Source: Asterias rubens
Lineage: Eukaryota
DNA: 64,000 bases
Assembly (NCBI RefSeq): GCF_902459465.1
Contig: NC_047066.1
Coordinates: 7,812,001-7,876,000, forward strand
Direction: 5' to 3'
The position numbers and the translations under genes were made by a program. Under the pieces are notes generated by a model, which saw only the letters and a program-made list of their open reading frames with translations, was not told where the DNA came from and searched no databases. Each line of letters begins with the position of its first letter. The stretch's first letter is position 1. Below, one piece after another: positions 40,016-52,382 of the stretch.

Positions 40016-43000
40016 TCAGTCTCGAAGAATAATTTCCAGTTGTAAATCTGGATCATATTTTGGCTCTTTACAATTCTCCCACAATGGGCTGGGAATCTCT
40101 AGCAGTCTTTCCACAGGAAATATATGTATTGACGTGTCGTTAAAAATGTCATCAAACTGGAGCTTATTCTTGACAGGGAATTCTCTGGTGAAAGGAGTAA
40201 TCTGAAAAAAAAGGTTCGAAATTTAAGGAAAAAAAAACAACTAAAACGAATACTTGAGTAAGTGTTTAATTTTGTCTTTTAAAAGTTCTAAATAAAGATC
40301 CAATATATTGGTGTTTTAAAAAGGTTGGCCAAAACATGCATTTTTTTTTAATTTGAAAATAAACAAATTAAGCCCACTCATGAGAGTGTAACAGAGCTCA
40401 GATGCTATGTAAGAAAAAGGATATTTGTTTTTGAACACATTTGGAATGCAATCTATGCAAATACAAATTATGTTTGTATAAAGAATTCAAATTAAAAAGA
40501 AGAATTAAAAGAATTAGGCAATTTTGAAAGGATACATTATTCAAGAAGTAGAAATCCTTCAGGAGTCGACTGGGTATTCTAAAATCAGACAAAAATAAAC
40601 AAACAAGTGTATCATAATTTTGAGGCAAATGGGGGGGGGGGGGGTTTGGGGCCATAGTGCAGGGACTTTGAAAGGTTAAGAAATTGGGTAATTTATAAGT
40701 AATAACTGTTCTTGATGGAAATGTATTTCTAAATCAAAAAGCTTGTCTATGAAAGTTGACAATAATCAAGCAAAAATGAAAACATTCTTAGTTTTAAAGG
40801 GTCTATGTAACTTATGTAAGACAAAAAACACAATGTCCACAGATTTACACTAAACTTACACAGTTTGAAGATAATGATAGTAGAAAATGGTTTACGTGCT
40901 GAGGTGCTGTAGTTTTCGGGAAATGAGTAAAACAATGTCATGAAAATAATTTTCGTCTCATGAGACGAAAATTATTTTAATCATTTACAAACGTATTTTC
41001 ATGACATTGTTTTACTCGTTATCTTCTCAAAAACTACAGCACCTCAGTAAGTTATATTTGAAGGGAAGCTTTCCACTATCATTATCTTCAAACCCTGTAA
41101 GTTTAATGTAAATCTATGGACATTTTGAAAAAGTACCCAAATCCTTTAAGAGCATTTTTAAGGTCAGAAGTTTCGAGAGTCACCAAACAAGGGCACAATT
41201 GCATCAGAGCTGCTTGAAGCACAACAAGTAGCTAAGCACAAAACAATTAAACAATTTAATATATTGTGTTTTCTTTATGAAAAAGATGGTGAGGGTCTCG
41301 GCAACAGGTAGTTTTGTCCCAATTTTTTTTTCAAAAATAAGTAAATAATTTCACCTTTCTTGAATGTTCTGAAAGCTATTTCCGATGATGACAATACTCG
41401 ACAATCTTTGCGTACTCCAGTTGGCCCACAGTAAGTTGTTATACAGAGGTTTCCCGCAGTGAGGCATGTAGAATAGTGTGGTCCCAGAAGCTGCTCTTTT
41501 GCACTCCTGAAAAGAAAACAAAAATGACTCATTTTGGTTTTACAGATACACATCAATACTCAGTACTTTCCCAAGTTCTGTGAGAACAATAACACTTGGG
41601 TGGGATTCGAACACATAACCTTTGTAATTCTAGACCACCAAGATTTCCCCGGTAGCTAGAGGCAACATCTATTAAATAAAATAATATAAAAAAATACATT
41701 AACCCTGGGAATGAGTTACTATTTAAACTTTTTTAGTAGCGAGCCAGTAGGAACAATAAAACAGTCTTTTTACTGTTCCAAATAATAAACATCAAGGGAA
41801 ACTGACTAAGTAAGTTTTAAAACGTAAGTATTTTATGAACAATCGCCCAACATCACAATGCCTTAACTGATTAGGGCAGTGGGCTATCGACACAAATGAC
41901 AGGGGCACAAAGACACTTACTCCTGGGGCTGAAACGGGGTTACCACAAGAAGGATGTATTGAGAACCTCGTTTAACTGATTTGGGCTATCGAACCAAAAT
42001 GAGCTAATGGGTCAAATCAACTGTCTGCGGCGGCATGTTACCACCTACTCCTGGGGCTGAAACAGGGTTACCCCCTTCACAGTCCATTAAGGATGTTGGC
42101 CTTGGTATCATACGCTAGAGCCGAATGCACTACCTTCCCAACTTTCACGAAGCAATTAAGGTTAAGTTCCTTGGGTCCGGCGAACTAAAACGTTCGGACA
42201 TGACATGTCACAAAGTGTAGTATCTTGCCTGCCAGAAAGCCATTGGAATGTGCAAGGTCAAAGGTTACAATGGTCTATACTCTCACCTCATTCTGTTGGA
42301 TAACGTTGAAACCTAGATTCAACAGGATTTGTTTCTCTTCTTCTGTAAACCTTGGGTCGTACACATGACAGCAGGCAGTTGTAATCTGTTGGTATTCATA
42401 CAAAAAGAACATTTTGTTTAAGAAAAAGAGCATTTTGTGTAGGAAATACAGACACTCACTCAAACAACTTGAGGAGCGGGGGCGTTTATTAGTCCCGTCT
42501 ATTATCAAAATACTTTTGGCTCTATAGGTTGAATAACAAACAACAATGTGGGGTGGTCAGGTTGGAGTATTGGTATCTTTTCTCGCCTTTCACCTCTAAG
42601 ACCCCAGTTCGGTTCACACATGGATTGGGTTTTCAGTCCCTGTCTGACTTCGTGGGTTTTCCCATGATATAGTTCTCTGAGGTTTTCCTCCAACATCTAA
42701 AGCCGACCTTCCTTCCCTGTATTCTCTCCATTGGGTTTTCGGACAGTACCGTGATTAAGTTTGCTTTTCTGAGAGCCCTTAACTTCACAACCATAATGAA
42801 ATAAATTGGAATGAAATGTGACATTTGTGAGGCGCTTTAAAGGAATCTGTTGCCTTGGATCGGTCGAGTTGGTCTTTGAAAAGCGTTTGTAACCATTTGT
42901 TATAGAATGCATATGATAAGAAAGATATTTTAAAGGTAGAATAAAATGATCCACACAAGTATCAATCGAAATTGCGTGGTTTTCCTTTTACCTCGTCGAC

Positions 43001-45610
43001 AGACACGGTCGGCCAGAGTCAAATTTTGGACTCCCATAAATGGCCGACGGTGTTAGTTCGCAAAGTAAAAGGAAAACCACGCAATTACGAGGCAAATGTG
43101 TGTGGATCATAGTAGTCTACTTTTTAAACATCTTTCTAACCATATGCATTTTATAACAAACGGTTAGAAATTCTGCAACGACCATGCTGCAACAAACAAT
43201 CTACAAGGTTCTGTCCTTAAGATGAAGATAATTGAGCTCTACATGAAAATTTCCATCCCATGCCAACCCAGAATATATTTTTTCTGCTAATTATACCCTT
43301 GAGTAAGGGAAAAAAAACATAATGGGGGGGGGAAAAAAATTATATTTTATCCCATCATACCTTTAAAAATCCACAAATGAGAATCAAAAGAGCCAGCTGG
43401 TATCGTGCGATGATACAGTCCGAGAAATTACCCAGACCATAGCACACAACCGTTTCCACTGACTGGTTGTCGACCTCAACACTAAATTGACCCTCAACCT
43501 TTGTCCCATCAATGACCTCAAAATTGACCTCTTCAGACTTGTTCAATCCAAGGTCATCGCGATGCTGAGAGGTACCTGTACACTCCTCCTTGATGTTTTC
43601 ACTTTTGGAGGAGTCTTTTAAGATTCCAAACCTCTCACCGTGAAGAATCAAATTGCAAGTCTTTGAAGCTAAGTCTTCAAGATGAAAGTCTTGGGATTTA
43701 CTTTTGTGTGAACTTTGCGTTGGATGTTTAGAATCATCATCATAACCGTCACTAAGTTTTGAAACCACAGTGTTCCGGCTTTCAGTTGCTTGTATGTCAT
43801 AGCAATCCTGATCAGAGCTACAGTTTGTTGTGTCAACATCGCGTCTCAAATTGCTAAGAACCTTTGACAGCAGATCTGAAAAAAAAATAAGATGAAATTA
43901 AAACAAAAAACCATGGCTTGAAGTATCCCTTGGCCAATGGCTAGTAAGTATAGCATTGAGCCAGTGACACCACACAGCTGAACGAGTAAAAGTGTTTTCC
44001 CAACTACACATAGCCCCAACCTTTAGATGCCTTCAGGGGAGGAGTTGCATCAAGCCTAAAAGCCACAGCCCAGTTTTAGTTGCACTGTCTAGTCTTGTCT
44101 TCAGCACTTTCAATTCACTTTCAGTTCTCCAAGTTTTGTTTTTATGATAGCACTTTTTTGTCTGGTATGCACTCTGGCACCAACAATCGAGCACCCTCAG
44201 CTTGACGTCCTCACTTAGGATCCTGTCAAGTTACCATCATAATGTAAATGTCAACAAAGAGGTATTGTAAAAACCTATCCCTGGTCCAAATAAATTTTGT
44301 AGAGCTACGTACAAACCTGTGTTCTAGTTCCTTAACTCAAGCCCTGTGTTTAAAAATAACGGTGACACACAAAAAGACTGATGTTTTTCAAGTTGTGCCT
44401 GTTCTTACTTACCTTTAAAGTCTTCATAAAAGTTGCTGATTGCCAAATCATCTCTGTAAAACAAAAGAGTCAACATTAACATTCACAACTTAAAGAAACT
44501 GGTAATTAGTAATTGTCAAAGACCAGTCTTCTCACTTGGTGTATCTCAACATATTCACAAACTAACAAACCTGTGAAAACTTTAACTCAATTGGTTGTCG
44601 AAATTGAGATAATAATGGAAGAAAAAACACGAAGTTGTGTGCTTTCAGATGCTTGATTTCGGGACCTAAAAATCTAATTCTAAATTAGCTCTTTCTCAAA
44701 AACTACGTTACTTCAGAGGGAGCCGCTTCTTACAATGTTTTATACCATCAACAGCTCTCCATTGCTTGTTACCAAGTAAGTTTTTATGCAACGTATTGTT
44801 TGGAGAACCAATAGTGTCTCTTGGAATAATGTAGTTGCGATAACGTAACCCTCCTCCCGCCGTCAGGAGGAAGGTACGTAACCCTTCCCCCAATGTCGGG
44901 AGGAGGGTTACGTTATCGCAACTAGGAATAATGTTGCTTTATGAAATAAGGAAGTTATATAAGAAGCTTGAACTGAATATAACGAAACAGGGAAAATTTT
45001 CCGTATGTATGGCGCCACCACTTTTTCGCCCGATATGAAAAAATGTAGTATCAAATTTACGCCAATGAGATATACTTATAACTCTGATGCGATGCGGGTA
45101 TCCGTTATAATACAATATAATAGGAAAAGTTTCCGTATGGCGCCACCACTTTTTCATTCGATATAAAATAATATAGGAACTTATTTACCTGATTGATATA
45201 TCCCTTTTTGTAAAAATGAGCAAAAAAGTGGTGGCGCCATACGGAAAGTTATCCATATAATATATCCAGATCCAGATATCCCTTTTTGTAAATACCAGTT
45301 TTACTGTTATACTATTTTTAATACACGGCACATTTATGACATTGACATTCATTCAATTTTTTATTATTCACGAACACATGACTTGTCTTTTGTATTTAAT
45401 TAAATACAATTGAGGCTTCTTATCTCACTTTACGTGTAATATTTTCTTCCGGAGGGCCGCAACATCTACATCTTTTAATTCCTTTGATGAATCAGGTCCA
45501 CTTTCAGCCCGCCTTTCTTCTTTCAAATTTCTGCCATTACTTGAGAAAGTTCGCCCTTTACTTCTCTTTTTTCTCTGCACAAGAGTAAAGTCGTCTGCTC
45601 TCGCGGCCAT
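40016..45610 (-). CDS. SRRD: SRR1-like protein (SRR1 domain containing), ~405 aa, 7 coding exons
   Basis: Exons (minus) 45610-45429, 44453-44413, 43875-43361, 42385-42287, 41506-41355, 40578-40536, 40201-40016; phase-consistent, total 1218 nt. SRR1 motifs [71 protein letters not shown]. Confidence 0.92.
40794..41149. mobile_element. Kolobok-like MITE, family B
   Basis: TTAA-AGGGTCTATGT...GTACCCAAATCCT-TTAA, in SRRD intron 5. Confidence 0.8.
41850..42200 (-). mobile_element. SINE, family 2 fragment
   Basis: Shares ttgcttcgt...agttgggaa and gactgtgaagggggtaaccctgtttcagccc with the tRNA-headed element at 61108-61480 and with ~16215-16300. Confidence 0.55.
42548..42800 (+). mobile_element. tRNA-derived SINE, V/Meta-domain-like
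   Basis: tRNA-like head (tggggtggtcaggttgg...ctcgcctttcacctc) followed by gtgggttttccc...ggttttcctccaacatctaaa, resembling the V/Meta SINE central domain. Confidence 0.45.
44832..44925. mobile_element. Small hairpin MITE
   Basis: tagttgcgataacgtaaccctcctccc ... gggaggagggttacgttatcgcaacta. Degenerate copies at ~24160-24221 and ~22422-22473. Confidence 0.7.
44998..45254. mobile_element. Two adjacent Mutator-like family E MITEs
   Basis: ttccgtatggcgccaccactttttc motifs at ~44998, 45130 and (inverted) 45225-45246; atataata flanks both sides of the second copy. Confidence 0.65.
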
Positions 45611-46443
45611 TATTTACTTTTTTGCCCTGTGTGACCTACGACCTGGACTCGTCTGAAAAGACAAAGCGGGGAATCGTAAAGTTTGCTTTGAAATAAAAAT
45701 CTTCAAGTAATCTTCAAGTATCATTGTATTTTGAAATAAATTCGACAATAGAAAATGTTATGTTAATTTGTTATCAATAGCCCTAGTTTTGTCTGTTCTC
45801 TATTTGCTGTTGTACGAATTGAAATAAAAAATAACTAAAGTAACGAACACGAGAACACCCCTCCAACTGTTTTTAGTGTAAGCTCTTTCAACATAACCGA
45901 TATCTGCCGGGTGGTGGCGCCTTAATTTTTTGTCACACTTTTCGTGGATTGAAGGTTTAGCAGATTGTCGTCCTGTCAAAAAAAGTTTTCAACTATCAGG
46001 TGAGATGCAAATTTCAATAGCTGTAGTGTAGGACTAGCAATAATAGTATAGCCTTAGAATGCTGTCTGTATAAGTGGTATTTGGGACATTTTAGGGCGTG
46101 ATAATGTGTGACTTTGGGTTCGATTAGAGTTTAGACCCAGGCATAGTAACTCAAAATTTGTCAGTATCGCTCGTACCATGCTCTTATTATACGAAGGGCG
46201 TAAAGGCCAAAGCTGCGGGGCTTCAGTTGCTCTTTGATATCTGGCATGATGCCAGATTTTGTTTACTCTGTCCTTACTCTATGGTCTGACCCATATTGAC
46301 ATAACTCTATAAAATATGTCTGAACTATGATTTATCATATGATGATAGAGTTGATAAACAGGGGTGTGTTTACACAATTCAATAACTGTTTCGGTTGAGC
46401 TTGGCATAATAATAATGCATTGTTGGTTTGGTTGATCACACTT

Positions 46444-47334
46444 GGATAACTTTTTGTATTAGTATCACGCCACCACTTTTTCACTAATTTCTATAAAAGT
46501 ATAAAAGAAGGGTTGTTCTAAAACCCCCTCGACCCCCACGACCCACGACCCCCTCGACCATAGACTTTTGTGCGATATTTTTTTTCTGTACACCGAAATT
46601 GCCACAGTTCACAACCTCAGCCAAACATGCCTCGCGCATCACAACAACACAGCGTACGAGACACGTAGTATGCACGAAGCAAACTTTGTGGGCCTGTGGC
46701 AATTACGATGTACAGATAAAAAACCGCGGCATTTCCGCGTGTATCTCTTGGCCGATCCGAGATTATTATCCCAACTGGAAACCTGCATGTACTGCCCGAA
46801 TACAATTACGGCCAACTCATTACGTGATGATCAGGCAGACCCATTTGCGGCCGATCGCTCCCGTCCTGTGTACTATTCCTCAATGGTACTACTAGTTGCT
46901 CTAAGCGGAGCTCAAGGTTGTAGACCTGACCGACCAAATGGCCACACGGACGTGTTTGGGGTCCCCAGTCGGTGTGCACTTGTCGTGCGGAAGCGGAGAG
47001 TAAATACTCCCAATTCTGTGTGGCTGATGCAGATAAATACCGCAGTCTCAGACTTGAAGTCAAGCCTAGTCGTGGAAGGAATTTGCGTCGCGGATCACAC
47101 ACTGTGAACTCTAAATCGGGAACTTAATTCTTACTCGGTCGTAAAGTGACATTTTTTAAATTCGGAATTGGGACATTCTTTGAACACGGGGCGGACGCGG
47201 AGGGGTCGTGGGTCGTGGGGGTCGAGGGGGTTTTAGAACAACCCATAAAAGAAGGATATCTCATTGACGTAAATTGTAAACTTTATTATTTGATATCGAA
47301 TGAAAAAGTGGTGCCGTGATACGCAAACTTTTCT
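46444..47334. mobile_element. Family E MITE interrupted by a Mutator-like insertion
   Basis: Removing 46510-47244 and one TSD copy rebuilds a sequence that aligns with the intact copy at 22041-22167 (gccaccactttttca...atatctcattga.gtaaatt...tgaaaaagtggtg). Confidence 0.75.
46510..47244. mobile_element. Non-autonomous Mutator (MULE)-like element, 735 bp
   Basis: 43 bp TIRs gggttgttctaaaaccccctcgacccccacgacccacgacccc and reverse complement; exact 9 bp TSD ataaaagaa at 46501-46509 and 47245-47253. Confidence 0.88.
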
Positions 47335-48509
47335 GATCACTTGGCCATCCATTGACCGAATTGGGAACGATCGTGAAATACACCCCTAAACGGTCAGGCT
47401 ACGGAAATAGATCCATGGTCAGGCCAAGGGCAAGGCATAATTACACGTTGGCATACCATGCCAATATTTATATAGCATGCATACAAATGCCATATGTCAT
47501 AGGTTTTGCAAACAAAGCAAATCCAAAAATATTTTTAACATTTTATGTGCGTACTTGCTACATTGAAGAATGGGAATTTTTTTAGAATTTTCAAGACTGG
47601 TGTCTCCACACTGTTGTATGTGATCCTTATATAAATAAATAAAATAGCAAATCTGTCAAAATCGTGAGTTCAGTCAGTCAGCAAAGTCACAAAAAATAGT
47701 GAAAAAGAACGAAAGAAAAGGATAATGTTATATTCTCACTGATGTACCTGTACTACCGTAGGCCTACTTGTTGAAGAACACTAAAAGTTGGACCATTCCT
47801 CCTTGGTTGAACTAACAAGATCCAAACTCTTTTCTCCAACCGTAGTATATTTCAGAAATTTTCAAGGGAAGAATTCCTCTGTGACTGCCTTTAAGTTATC
47901 TGTACAAATATGTTATTGTTTAATTTCTATCTCGCCAATTTTGTGCACACCCTTTTTTTAGAGGCACTGGACACCTTTGGTAATTGTCAAAGACCAGTGT
48001 GGTCACTTGGCGCTATCCCAACATACATGTAAATGCATAAAATAACAAACCTATATGAACATTTGAACTCAACTGGTCATCACATTTGCAAGAGAATAAT
48101 GAAAGAAAAAACACTTAATAGCATTACTTTGTGTGCTTTCAGATGCATAGGCCCAACAAAAAGTAACAGCTGAAGTCTTGTATTATTATTCATGTGAGCT
48201 CTCTCAAAAACTATAACTTAAGGGGGCGCCGTTTCTTGCAATGTTTTATACTATAACAGCTCTCCAAACAGCTCTCCATTGCTCGTTACCGAAGTAAGAT
48301 AATAATGCTAACAATTATGTTGAGTTATTTCCCGTAGTGTCCAGCGCTGTAAATAATAACAAGCAGGACTTTGGCTAGAGGGGGTTGCATATAGTATTCT
48401 GATGCAATTGCTGTACATGTAAGTGTGTAAGCCAAAGGTATTGTTTTATTCTTGAAAATAATCATGAGAATGTTTTGCAAACTGTTTTAGCTTGCTGTAA
48501 TCTGTCAAT

Positions 48510-51500
48510 ATGCCTTTGCTCGAGATCCGTACAAATGTCACGAAGCAGAACATCCCTGGAGACTTTCTTCAAACTGCATCCAAGACCTTCCAGGAGACTA
48601 TTGATAAACCAATGCAGGTTTGTGGGAAAAAAAACATGAATATTGACCTTTTACAAATCCCATCAAGGATGCTCAGACTATTTTCAACCACCTGCTTGAT
48701 TGTTTTCCGTTTCAACAAGGTGTATTGTAATTATTTTTTTTTAGTGAAAATATCTTAAGGTCGGGGCATTTGAAATAAAAATATTTTGTTGATTTTGAAA
48801 AAATGTTTTCTGATTGATTGTCATCTTTGTCCCTTTGTTTCAAGATTCAAAGATTCAAATTTACTTTGTAGTTCCCAAAACAGGAAATTCACTTCTGCCT
48901 TTACAACATTAAGTTAGGAATACATAAGAAATAACAAAACACAGTAAAAGGAGCCATTTCAATACATAAATACATCAACTATCTACCAATTAATGTGAAA
49001 GGAACCTAAAAGTTTAACCTAAAAGTTTAACAAGTTTGTCCCAAAATACCTTTGGGAATGAAAAAAACAGCCCATGTTGGTCACTGTGATATTATTGCAT
49101 GGATGAATTATCTTTCCAACTGTTCATTACAATTCGAGAGAGCTGAGGGTGCAAAAAGCGTTGGCATACCGCACAGTGTTAATCCTGTATAAACTCTGTT
49201 TGCCAGGGTAGTAGTTTTGGTACCTGAGTGATACATGGATGAATTATCTTTCCAACTGTTCATTACAATTCGAGAGAGCTGAGGGTGCAAAAAGCGTTGG
49301 CATACCGCACAGTGTTAATCCTGTATTAACTCTGTTTGCCAGGGTAGTAGTTTTGGTACCTGAGTGATACATGGATGAATTATCTTTCCAACTGTTCATT
49401 ACAATTCGAGAGAGCTGAGGGTGCAAAAAGCGTTGGCATACCGCACAGTGTTAATCCTGTATTAACTCTGTTTGCCAGGGTAGTAGTTTTGGTACCTGAG
49501 TGATACATGGATGAATTATCTTTCCAACTGTTCATTACAATTCGAGAGAGCTGAGGGTGCAAAAAGCGTTGGCATACCGCACAGTGTTAATCCTGTATTA
49601 ACTCTGTTTGCCAGGGTAGTAGTTTTGGTACCTGAGTGATACATGGATGAATTATCTTTCCAACTGTTCATTACAATTCGAGAGAGCTGAGGGTGCAAAA
49701 AGCGTTGGCATACCGCACAGTGTTAATCCTGTATTAACTCTGTTTGCCAGGGTAGTAGTTTTGGTACCTGAGTGATTCTTGAATACACCAATACTCTTAC
49801 TCAAAGTCCATACTTGACTGGAAAATAATCTGGACACGAAATCTTACTCGGGTAAAAAAAAAAAACTTTCCTTGCAACTTTTCTCATGGAAAATAACGCC
49901 CTGGAAAATGTTAAATACATTTTGTCTACGAGAAGCCTTTTCAGATATAAAAAATAATTAACCACATGATGCCAACTGGAAATCAGGTTTTTTTTTAACA
50001 CACTGGTTTAGCCTTTGAGCAGCGGACAACATCGCCAGACTATTAAATTTGGTTTGCTTTTTAAACACACCACAACAGTGTTTTGTCTCAGTGAGACAAC
50101 AATTATTTTTAGCATGTACACCGCGACTCTCCTGGAAAAAATTGCTCTGTGATTTTCCCTTTTTCCCTCAAAAACTTGCTGACTATTGAGGTTAAAACTT
50201 GTGCAGGTAAATGGCCAAGCGGATAAGAGTACAGAACTCAAGCTGTTATGATTCTGTTCAGTATAGTATGGGTTTGAATCGCGGTCGTGACACTTGTGTC
50301 CCTGAGCAAGACACTTAACCATGATTGCTTCTCTCCACCCAGGGGTAGATGGGTACCTGTGAGGGCAGAGATGGTTCTTGAGATTGATTTTGTTTATAGT
50401 ATACTCCCTAGGGAGCTGAGATGGTTTAAGGAATGAAATAAATGGCCCAGTAACTAGGGGTAATAATGTTGGAAGCGCTATATAAAAACTGGTTATTATT
50501 GTTGTTATTATTTACCACATGGCCAAAACCCTGCTGGTTTTATACTGTCATTTGAGACAATGTCACCATTCTGAAATTTCCTTGGTACAAATGACTAATT
50601 ATTATGTAAATTCTCCCCACAAGTACATTGCAGTGATTGTGAGACCAGACGAAATGATGTCATTTGGAGGAAGTACAGAACCATGTGCAATGGTTGATTT
50701 CATAAGCGCTGGCAAGATCGGGGGAGAAGAAAATAAGAATTACTCAAAGGCGATCGCAGCACTCATGGAGAAACTTGGCGTGCCATCTGACAGGTATGTG
50801 AATAAGGGTTTCAACGAGACATTAAAAGCTCAAAGATCGAAGGGAGGGGTTGATCGTAGACTTGATTGAGTGAACCTAGGCCTTGGTTGACCTAGGTGCC
50901 CGGTTGCAAGATGACTGATTCTTTGTAACTGTATAGTCTGTTAGGATATTTTCATTTTAAAGGCACCATACACTATCGGTAATTACTCAAAAAAGTTGTT
51001 AGCTTTAATACTTACTTGGTAACGAGCAATGGAGAGCTGATGATAGTAAAAACAATGTGAGAAATGGCCCACTCTGAAGTAACATAGTTTTTGAGAAAGA
51101 GGTATTTTCTCACTCAAATATTAAAAGGCTTCAGGCCTTTTATTAGGCATCTGAAAGGGGTGTTTTTCTTTCATTATCCTCTTGCAATTTCAATGAACAA
51201 CGGTCTAAATTTGCACAGATTAGCTATTTTATTCATGGTTGGGATGCTCTAATTAGTGAGAATACTGGTCTTTGATAATTACCCAAGGTGTACAGTGCCT
51301 TTAAACTGATCCAAATCTTCTTACTGCATGTCATATACTGCCCTATTGTTTCTTTTTTTCTGTACTATTCTTATTTCTGTTTTGAAGTGGAAATTCATTC
51401 AACTTTCTATCGGCAGTCTTTGCTATCCATAACTGAATGAATCAAGGGCGAAAACAAAAACTTTTTTGAAATCAAAGAAGGTTCACCGTCCCTTAGAAAT

Positions 51501-52382
51501 AGAAAGCTGAACTGTTGTTGTGTTTTTATTGTATAGTGTTGGTATAAGGCTGTAAAAGATGTACATGTATGTGATTAGTCTATGTTAGATCTTTAGCGCA
51601 AATAGCACTCTTCACTACTGGCGTCACTTTTGCTCAAGATACCTGGCTGTCTAATAAACCCTCCACTACTTTAACTGCGTCATCGACGCACCAAACTTTA
51701 CTTGTAGTAGTGTCAGTAAACACAAGAAAACAGAAACCTTCGACATGTACAGGCAAATGATAGTGAAATTATACATATTTAGTCTGAGATATGGTTACTC
51801 AGCTTCTGTTTTAAGCATTAGTGCAGATCGGGATTTGCACTGACTCTAACCCCTTGAGCAATGAGAGTACACAATCATTGCATGGCAAAAGTGAGGCTAA
51901 AATATATCCACTAAAGGATCAAGAGCTGCATGACTTCAAATTGGACAAATCCCTAACATCACTAAAATATACAAATCCTCTGCATTTTACTCAATTTTGT
52001 TTTATGCATATTGAACAGTCATGCCCCCCCCCCCTCTCCCCTAGACTTGACTCAAGTCCCAAAACTGTGAGAGTCCTTTTATTTTTCAGTCCCTATTTTC
52101 AGGTGAATTTGGCAAGTATGGCAAGTTTGATAGTAGGCGCTATATGCTTGGGACCTCTCGCACGAGAATGGAACTTGAATCAAGTCTACCCCCCCACACT
52201 AATTAATTCCCTGTTGCTAAGGAGTATTTGACTGCATTTAGCAATCCTATAATGAATATTTTTAATGATAATTTTTGTTGTTGATTATTGTCTGTTTTAT
52301 TAACAGGATGTACATCGTCTTTACCGATCTTGCTCGGGATAATGTCGGATACAAAGGATCCACCATGGCAGCCATATTTTAG
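48510..52382 (+). CDS. MIF: Macrophage migration inhibitory factor family protein, 117 aa, 3 exons
   Basis: Exons 48510-48617, 50624-50793, 52307-52382 (phases 0/2, the classic MIF structure). MPLLEIRTNV...KPMQYIAV...MMSFGGSTEPCA...SAGKIG...DRMYIVFTD...NVGYKGST. Pro1, Lys32 and Tyr36 retained. Confidence 0.95.
48841..49990 (-). mobile_element. Degenerate LINE 3' fragment (Rex1-Babar/L2-like) in MIF intron 1
   Basis: Minus strand ends with a short stem-loop (ttcc-tgtttt-gggaa) and a (TTGAATC)n-like tail at 48841-48859. Only faint RT C-terminal-like residues (HPCNNI, SFPK) upstream, and the 5' boundary is approximate. Confidence 0.4.
49098..49776. repeat. Tandem array, 5 x 136 bp, near-identical units
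   Basis: Units start at 49098, 49234, 49370, 49506 and 49642. The only internal difference seen is A vs T at 49191; the last unit is 1 nt short. Confidence 0.97.
50205..50512 (+). mobile_element. tRNA-derived SINE, family 1
   Basis: A-box tggccaagcgg, B-box ggtttgaatc, gtgtccctgagcaagacacttaacc, tail ttattattgttgttattattt. Confidence 0.75.
50957..51304. mobile_element. Kolobok-like MITE, family A variant
   Basis: TTAA-AGGCAC...GTGCCT-TTAA with family A internal sequence, in MIF intron 2. Confidence 0.7.

Noticed and set aside
46568-47107. 179 aa ORF inside the Mutator-like element as a transposase or real gene
   Set aside because: No DDE, zinc-finger or other recognisable motif. Overlapping ORFs on both strands are expected in GC-rich sequence with few stop codons.
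49108-49837. Five near-identical ~60 aa ORFs as a peptide gene array or CRISPR-like locus
   Set aside because: They arise from the 136 bp tandem period. There are no unique spacers, and they lie antisense within a MIF intron.
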